Made by a program: the position numbers and the translations under genes. A model generated the notes under the pieces. It did no database searches, was not told the origin of the DNA, and was given only the letters and a program-made list of their open reading frames with translations. Below are positions 57,067-64,000 of a stretch of DNA of 64,000 nt, one piece after another. This stretch comes from Acidimicrobiales bacterium (GTDB taxonomy: Bacteria > Actinomycetota > Acidimicrobiia > Acidimicrobiales > Bog-793), in the NCBI GenBank assembly GCA_052143575.1, contig JBKQSP010000043.1, positions 88,921 through 152,920 of the forward strand, read 5' to 3'. Within the stretch, counting starts at the first letter, position 1. The number at the start of each line of letters is the position of its first letter.

Positions 57067-57174
57067 GCGGTCGATCATATGCGCAGATGCGCGGGTCCCG
57101 TCCGCCCGTTCCCGCCGCCTCGACGCCGGTCAGCCCCGATGCGTCCTTCAGGGCGAGAGGAAGGCCGTTCTTAC

Positions 57175-58110
<936 letters not shown>

Positions 58111-58291
58111 AGCCGAAGCCTCCATGTGTCGCAGATCGGGGGATCGAGCGCCGACTCAGGGTGCCGTCGGTCGTGAGGAAAGAGATCCGAGCCGCACGAA
58201 GCGGTTTACAGCTCCCGTCACGCACGCCCGCCGGGAAATCAGCCCTCGAACCTGCACTGCCGTATGTCCGGGACTTAGTGTAACGGTGGAG

Positions 58292-58828
58292 TCAAGCGCT
58301 CCTACCAGGCGGTTTCGGGAGCCGTCGCACGGCCTCTTCCTCAGCCTGCAGATCGGCCTCGACACGGCAGAAGACCCGCCCGAGCGGCCCGTCGGCCGCC
58401 GGCGAGAGCCGCTCGAGCCGGAATCGGTAGGACGCCGCCAGGGCTCGGTACCAGGCCGCCGCCACCTCCGGCACCCGCTCAGGTCGCTCGACCTGCTCAG
58501 CGGCGTTGAGCTCTCGGAGGCGGGCGGCCGCCCTCGAGGACGGCGCAAGCGCATCACCGACGGGTTCGAGGCCGGGCGAAACAGGAAGCAGCTGCTGCAG
58601 CTCCCCAGCGCGCCAAGCGGCCTGCAGGCTGGCCGAGGATGCCCAGACGACTTCTTCGGGTGTTCCGGCGGTCGGGGCGAGCCGCCCCAGCCAGGCGAAC
58701 AGCACCAGTTCGACGGCCCGGAGAGCGCCGACGACCCTCGCCGTGTCGATCATCTGAAGGGGGCCGTCAGGCCCCCTCAGCTCAGCCGTCAGATCGGCGA
58801 GGACGCCACCGGCCTCATCGGAGCTCAC
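58292..58828 (-). CDS. Hypothetical all-helical protein, possibly a degenerate ferritin-like fold
   Basis: GTG start overlaps the nadE stop; helical pattern AVELVLFAWLG...AAWRAGELQQLLP...RVEADL. Confidence 0.5.
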   Translation of the reverse strand: MSSDEAGGVLADLTAELRGPDGPLQMIDTARVVGALRAVELVLFAWLGRLAPTAGTPEEVVWASSASLQAAWRAGELQQLLPVSPGLEPVGDALAPSSRAAARLRELNAAEQVERPERVPEVAAAWYRALAASYRFRLERLSPAADGPLGRVFCRVEADLQAEEEAVRRLPKPPGRSA

Positions 58829-60558
58829 CAGGGGGTGAACCGGTTCGTGATCGGCATGCGCCGGTCCTTGCCGAAGCCGCGGCTCGTGACGCGAGGCCCG
58901 GGCGCCGCTTGGCGTCGCTTGTACTCGGCCCGGTCCACGAGGCCGACGACTCGTCTCACGACATCGGGGTCGAAGCCGTCGCCCACGAGCTCCGCCGGGG
59001 TCCGATCGAGCTCGACGTAGCCGTAGAGGATGGGGTCGAGGATCTCGTAGGGCGGCAGGCTGTCGTCGTCGCGCTGACCGGGCCGGAGCTCCGCCGAGGG
59101 TGGCTTCTCGAGGACGGCGAGCGGGACGACCGGGACCGTCCCGGCGTCGTTTCGATACCGGCACAGCTCGTAGACAAGCGTCTTCGGAACGTCCTTGATG
59201 ACGGCGAACCCGCCGTTCATGTCTCCGTACAAGGTGGCGTACCCGACGGCCATCTCGCTCTTGTTGCCCGTCGTGAGGACGAGCCAGCCGAGCTCGTTCG
59301 AAAGGGCCATGACGATCGTGCCGCGGATGCGGGCCTGCAGGTTCTCGGCCGCCACGCCGGCAGGGCCGGACCCCGACGCCAGCACAGGTTCCAGCATGGT
59401 GAGCATGGCCTCGTGCGCCGGCTCGATCTCGATGGTCCGGGTGTCGATTCCGAGGTTCACGGCCAGCTGGAGGGCGTCGGCGACCGAGCCTTCGGAGGAG
59501 TACCGCGACGGCAGGAGGACGCCATGGACTCGCTCGGGTCCGACGGCATCGACGGCGACGGCTGCCACGAGCGACGAGTCGATCCCCCCGGAAAGAGCCA
59601 CGAGCACATCGGCGAAGCGGTTCTTCTCCACGTAGTCGCGGGTGCCGAGCACGAGTGCCTTGTAGACGGCCTCCGTCGCCGGCAGCTCTGGCGCGACGCC
59701 GCCGGCGAGCGGGGGGCCGGCCTCGTCGCTCCGCTGCTCGCTGACGAGAAGGGCAGGCAGCCCGGGCATGACCGGGCGACCTCGCGGATCCAGGATCCGC
59801 TTGCGGTAAGCGGGGCGCAGTTCGAGGTCCGTGACCAGCGTCGCCTCCTCGAACTGGGGAGCCGCCGCCAGCAACGTGCCGTCATGGTCGAAGATCATCG
59901 ATCCGCCGTCGAAGACGAGCTCGTCCTGTCCGCCCACGAGATTGACATAGGCGAGCACGGCCGACGCGTCGGCCGCCCGCGTCGCCAGCATGCGCCGCCG
60001 CTCTCCGAGAACGCCGGCCCGGTACGGTGATCCGTTGAGGACGACGATCAGCTCGGCGCCGCCGTCGCCGAGACGAGCGACAGGACCCGTCGGGCTCCAG
60101 GCGTCCTCGCACACGACGACACCGACGCGGACGCCGTTCACGAGATAGAGATGGTCGTCGCCTCCCGCCCCGCCGCCGGAGCAAAACCAGCGCTGCTCGT
60201 CGAACACCCCGTAGTTCGGGAGGAGCTCCTTGTGCCAGACGCCGTGCACCTTGCCGCCGGCACAGACGGCCGCCGCGTTGTAGAGGTCGCCGTCGGCATC
60301 GACGTAGCCGACGACGGCGGCACAACGGCCGGTGCGCTCAGCGACGCTGTCGAGGGCACGCAGGTTGCCCTCGACGAAGGCTGGGTTGACGAGAAGATCC
60401 TCAGGGGGGTAACCCGTGATGACGAGCTCCGGGAAGACGGCGAGATCGGCCCCGGCGGCCTCGGCATCAGCCAGGGCAGTGAGTACCTTGGCGACGTTGC
60501 CGTCAAGGTCGCCTACCACCGGGTCGAGCTGGCACAGAGCCACGCGCAATCGGCCCAC
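58825..60558 (-). CDS. nadE: Glutamine-dependent NAD+ synthetase
   Basis: Nitrilase domain (FPEL, K.LLPNYGVFDE, CED) plus SGGIDS, ENLQARIR, TGNKSE and PPSAEL. Confidence 0.95.
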   Translation of the reverse strand: MGRLRVALCQLDPVVGDLDGNVAKVLTALADAEAAGADLAVFPELVITGYPPEDLLVNPAFVEGNLRALDSVAERTGRCAAVVGYVDADGDLYNAAAVCAGGKVHGVWHKELLPNYGVFDEQRWFCSGGGAGGDDHLYLVNGVRVGVVVCEDAWSPTGPVARLGDGGAELIVVLNGSPYRAGVLGERRRMLATRAADASAVLAYVNLVGGQDELVFDGGSMIFDHDGTLLAAAPQFEEATLVTDLELRPAYRKRILDPRGRPVMPGLPALLVSEQRSDEAGPPLAGGVAPELPATEAVYKALVLGTRDYVEKNRFADVLVALSGGIDSSLVAAVAVDAVGPERVHGVLLPSRYSSEGSVADALQLAVNLGIDTRTIEIEPAHEAMLTMLEPVLASGSGPAGVAAENLQARIRGTIVMALSNELGWLVLTTGNKSEMAVGYATLYGDMNGGFAVIKDVPKTLVYELCRYRNDAGTVPVVPLAVLEKPPSAELRPGQRDDDSLPPYEILDPILYGYVELDRTPAELVGDGFDPDVVRRVVGLVDRAEYKRRQAAPGPRVTSRGFGKDRRMPITNRFTPW

Positions 60559-60654
60559 GACTCGAGCGTACCCGTTGCGTCGCAACGATCGACGAAACGA
60601 GGCAGGCGGCGGGAGGGACCGCCTCCGCCCCTAGCCTGCGGACGAGGCGATTCG

Positions 60655-63444
60655 ATGACCCTTCCCGTGGAGCTTGAAGCTGCCGCTTCCTCTTCAGCCG
60701 CGCCCGAGGTCGTGCGGCTCGGTCTCGAGCGCCTCCTCGAGCGGGACGCCACGGCCGCCGACCGGCTCGACGGCGACGGCCGTCTCGCCGGAGTCGTCGC
60801 CACGGTCATGGCGGCCAGCCGCTCGCTCGGCCGCCTCGTCATCACCGACCCGGCGGCCATCGACGTCCTCGAGGCGTCACTGCGGCGCCCCACCGGCGAC
60901 ATCGACCGCAACCGCCCCCCGACTGCGGTGTCACGGGTGGCCGATCCGGCGCTGGCGAGCGATCCCGCCGACCTCGTCCGCCGCAAGCGGCTCGGTCTCC
61001 TCGTCATCGCCGCGCAGGATCTCGCCGGCTTCACGGCCTTGGAGGCGGTGGGCGAAGCGCTCTCCGATCTCGCCGACGGGGTGCTCGGAGCCGCCTGTCG
61101 ACTGGCCGGGGTTGGGCCGGGCCTGGCGGTGATCGCCATGGGCAAGCACGGCGCCCGCGAGCTCAACTACGCCAGCGACGTCGACATCATGTTCGTAGGC
61201 GACGACGAGGCCGGGAGCGCCCGCCGCGTGCTGAGCATCGCCGGCGGGGCCTTTCGCGTCGACACGGATCTGCGGCCCGAGGGGCGCAACGGCGCCCTCG
61301 TCCGCTCGCTCGACTCCTTCCACAGCTACTGGGAGCGCTGGGCGCGCCCCTGGGAGTTCCAAGCCCTTTTGAAGGCCCGCGCAGCCGCCGGAGGGGCCGA
61401 GCTCGGAGCGGCTTTCGAACGGGCTGCCGCCGACGCCATCTGGGGCCGTCGCCTCGACGCAGACGATCTCGCCGAGCTTCGCTCCATGAAGGGCCGAGCC
61501 GAAGAGCTCGTCTCCAAGAAGGGGCTCTCCGATCGGGAGATCAAACGCGGCCGGGGCGGCATCCGCGACATCGAGTTCTCCGTGCAGCTTCTTCAGCTCG
61601 TGCATGGCGGTGCCGACCCCCTCATTCGGCTGCCCGCCACGCTGGCGGCGCTCCGCGAGCTCGCCGAGGCCGGGTACGTGGACCGTGGGGATGCGGCCGC
61701 CCTCGCCCTCTCCTACCGCTTCCTGCGCACGGTCGAGCACCGGTTGCAGCTCGTCGAAGAGGCACAGGTGCACACCGTGCCGGGCGACGAAGCGGCACGC
61801 GAGTCGCTTGCACGCGTGTTGGGCTTCGCCCGCCTCGGCAGCCGGGCCGGCGGGGGCGTGCGGTCGGCCACGGGGGCCCTCGAGCGCATGGATAGCGTCA
61901 TGGGACGGTACCAATCGTCGGCGCGGGCGATCCACGAGCGTCTCTTCTTCCGCCCGCTCCTCGAGGTCTTCGCCGCCGAGGGAGACGCCGGCGACCACGG
62001 GCGATGGACCGTGGCGGCCGCCGAGAGTCGCCTCGAGGCGCTCGGCTTCCGAGAGGCGGACCGCACCCGCCAGGCCCTCCGGGAACTGACGCGGGGCCTC
62101 ACACGCTCGTCCCGCCTCATGCAGCAGCTGCTTCCCGTGCTCCTCGGCTGGCTCTCGGAATCGCCCGATCCCGACCAAGGACTCCTCAACCTCCGCACCC
62201 TCGTCTCCGTCCCGCATCGGCGCGACGTCCTCGTGGCATCCTTCCGGGAGTCTCCGGAGTTGGCGCGCCGTCTCTGCCTGCTTCTCGGCACGGGCAGACA
62301 AGTCGGCCACCTGATCGGACGGCATCCGGAAGTCGCCACCCATCTCGACGACGACAGAGAGCTCGAGCATCTTTCGCGCGGCGAGATCCTCGAGCGAGCC
62401 GAGCAACTGGTCGACCAGGCGCCCCCGCGGGCAGCACCGGCGCTGCGCCGATTCGTCGAATCGACGACGCTGGGCATCCTCGGCGCCGACGTACTGCTGC
62501 GGACGTCGCCGACGGCGACGTCGCGGGCGCTCGCCGCCCTCGGCGACGCCGCCCTCGCCGCAGCGCTTCGCGCAGCCGCCCCGCAGGTGCCCTTCGGCAT
62601 CATCGCCATGGGACGCCTCGGAGGAGAGGAGCTCGCCTACGGGAGCGACCTCGACGTCCAGCTCGTGTACGACGGCGCCGGTGCGGGCGACGCCGCCCTG
62701 GCCGAGGAAGCCACCTCCTCGATCTTCCGGCTGTTGAACGGCGCCACCCCGGCCGAGCGGATCCTGCCGGTGGACGCCTCGTTGCGCCCGGAGGGCCGTC
62801 AGGGCCCACGCGCCCGCAGCCTCGAGGCCTACGCCGAGTACCACCGCCGCCGGATCGAGACCTGGGAGCGGCAGGCGCTCCTGCGGGCGCGGCCGGTGGC
62901 GGGCGATCCCGAGGTGCTGCAGCGTTTCATGGCACTCGCCGCCGATGCGCTCTGGGCGTCGCCCGTCGGGAGCGAGGAGGTGCGGGCGATCCGGCGTATG
63001 AAGGCCCGTGTCGAGCGCGAGCGCATCCCGGCGGGCGAGGACCCCCAGTTCCACCTGAAGCTCGGGAAGGGATCGCTCTCGGACGTGGAATGGACGGTGC
63101 AGCTCCTGCAGCTCGAGCACGGCGTCGCCGAGACGAACACGGTCGAGGCACTCAAGCTCCTCGTGAGCGCCGGCCACCTCGAGGCGGGAGAGGGGGCGGT
63201 GTTGAACGAGGCCTATCGCTTCTTGTCGGCTACACGCAACCGCTGGCACCTCGTCGGCAGCTTCATCGCCGGTGCGGGCGGCATCGTGAGCGTCGTGGGC
63301 TCAGACTCCCTCCCCTCCGATCGGGAAGCCCTCTCGCGCCTGGCCCGTTCGCTCGGGACCTCGCCAACGGAATTGCGCGAGGCCTACCGGCGCGTGACGC
63401 GGCGCGCCCGCAGAGTCGTGGAGGCCCGCTTCTACGGCCTGTGA
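60655..63444 (+). CDS. glnE: Glutamine synthetase adenylyltransferase
   Basis: Two nucleotidyltransferase modules: AMGKHGARELNYASDVD and AMGRLGGEELAYGSDLD; LRPEG; GGIRDIEF. Confidence 0.93.
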   Translation: MTLPVELEAAASSSAAPEVVRLGLERLLERDATAADRLDGDGRLAGVVATVMAASRSLGRLVITDPAAIDVLEASLRRPTGDIDRNRPPTAVSRVADPALASDPADLVRRKRLGLLVIAAQDLAGFTALEAVGEALSDLADGVLGAACRLAGVGPGLAVIAMGKHGARELNYASDVDIMFVGDDEAGSARRVLSIAGGAFRVDTDLRPEGRNGALVRSLDSFHSYWERWARPWEFQALLKARAAAGGAELGAAFERAAADAIWGRRLDADDLAELRSMKGRAEELVSKKGLSDREIKRGRGGIRDIEFSVQLLQLVHGGADPLIRLPATLAALRELAEAGYVDRGDAAALALSYRFLRTVEHRLQLVEEAQVHTVPGDEAARESLARVLGFARLGSRAGGGVRSATGALERMDSVMGRYQSSARAIHERLFFRPLLEVFAAEGDAGDHGRWTVAAAESRLEALGFREADRTRQALRELTRGLTRSSRLMQQLLPVLLGWLSESPDPDQGLLNLRTLVSVPHRRDVLVASFRESPELARRLCLLLGTGRQVGHLIGRHPEVATHLDDDRELEHLSRGEILERAEQLVDQAPPRAAPALRRFVESTTLGILGADVLLRTSPTATSRALAALGDAALAAALRAAAPQVPFGIIAMGRLGGEELAYGSDLDVQLVYDGAGAGDAALAEEATSSIFRLLNGATPAERILPVDASLRPEGRQGPRARSLEAYAEYHRRRIETWERQALLRARPVAGDPEVLQRFMALAADALWASPVGSEEVRAIRRMKARVERERIPAGEDPQFHLKLGKGSLSDVEWTVQLLQLEHGVAETNTVEALKLLVSAGHLEAGEGAVLNEAYRFLSATRNRWHLVGSFIAGAGGIVSVVGSDSLPSDREALSRLARSLGTSPTELREAYRRVTRRARRVVEARFYGL

Positions 63445-63473
63445 GCCGAGGGCTTCGGCGCGACGGCTCCTGC

Positions 63474-64000
63474 TCAGCCCCTGCCGCAGGCCAGATCGCC
63501 CGGCCGATCGGCGTCCCGGAAGGCGCCCGCCGTCGCCACGCCGGCCCACTCGGCCTCGTCCAGGTAAGCCGTGTCCGGCCCGAGGGCGGAGAGTACGGCG
63601 CGCACACCGCCCTCGACGAGCACGACGACCCGTTCGAGGTCCTCCTCGCACCAACGGGCGCACAGCGGTTGCGCCCGGCCCTCCACAACCGGCACGACCG
63701 AGACCGTCTCGGGGCGGGAGGCCATCCAGGCGAGGACGTCAGCCGTGAGCGACGGCAGATCGGTCGCGAGCACGATCACATCGCCCCGGAAGCCCTGCTG
63801 GCGGAGCGACCGCCAGCCGGCTGCGATGCCGGTGAGCGGACCCTCGCCGAGGTCGGGTCCGGCCGTCGCCAGTCCCGACCATCCGGGCCCGACTTCGAGA
63901 ACCGGCTTCGCCACAGCAGCAAGGAGTCGCCCCGTACGGGCTGACAACGTCTCGCCGCCCAGGACGAGGCTTGCCTTGTCGCGACCCATGCGCCGGCTCC
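63474..64000 (-). CDS. mobA: Molybdenum cofactor guanylyltransferase (5' end outside the window)
   Basis: GASRRMGRDKA, GPLTGI, ATDLP and QPLCARW. Confidence 0.85.
   Translation of the reverse strand, partial: SRRMGRDKASLVLGGETLSARTGRLLAAVAKPVLEVGPGWSGLATAGPDLGEGPLTGIAAGWRSLRQQGFRGDVIVLATDLPSLTADVLAWMASRPETVSVVPVVEGRAQPLCARWCEEDLERVVVLVEGGVRAVLSALGPDTAYLDEAEWAGVATAGAFRDADRPGDLACGRG

Overview
A 64-kb window of very high-GC actinobacterial chromosome; gene content and order look like Acidimicrobiia. Core blocks: rho (partial)-thrC-hom-lysA-argS with tRNA-Arg(CCG); pfk, msrA and an ECF sigma/anti-sigma pair; holB-tmk-topA-hppA; a KimA-like permease with two TrkA genes; a group 2 sigma factor; nadE, glnE and mobA. 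Accessory blocks: two copper-handling clusters (a PHM/DBH-like Cu monooxygenase, CopZ, CopA with an extra C-terminal domain, DUF5134, CtaG and a ligand-less SCO fusion) and a P450/ferredoxin catabolic cluster between them. The most striking signal is at 37.1-39.9 kb. The 3' end of msrA occurs three times in tandem: one functional copy, one intact orphan and one frameshifted orphan. The copies are separated by small cargo modules (an HTH+Fic 'mobile mystery A/B' pair and a Uma2 nuclease), and no integrase is present. This looks like a cassette array built by repeated insertion at the YHQQY codons of msrA. Many genes appear leaderless (TANNNT box, 6-8 nt, start codon). I found no CRISPR array, rRNA or transposase. 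All family assignments come from motifs recognised by eye, not from database searches.
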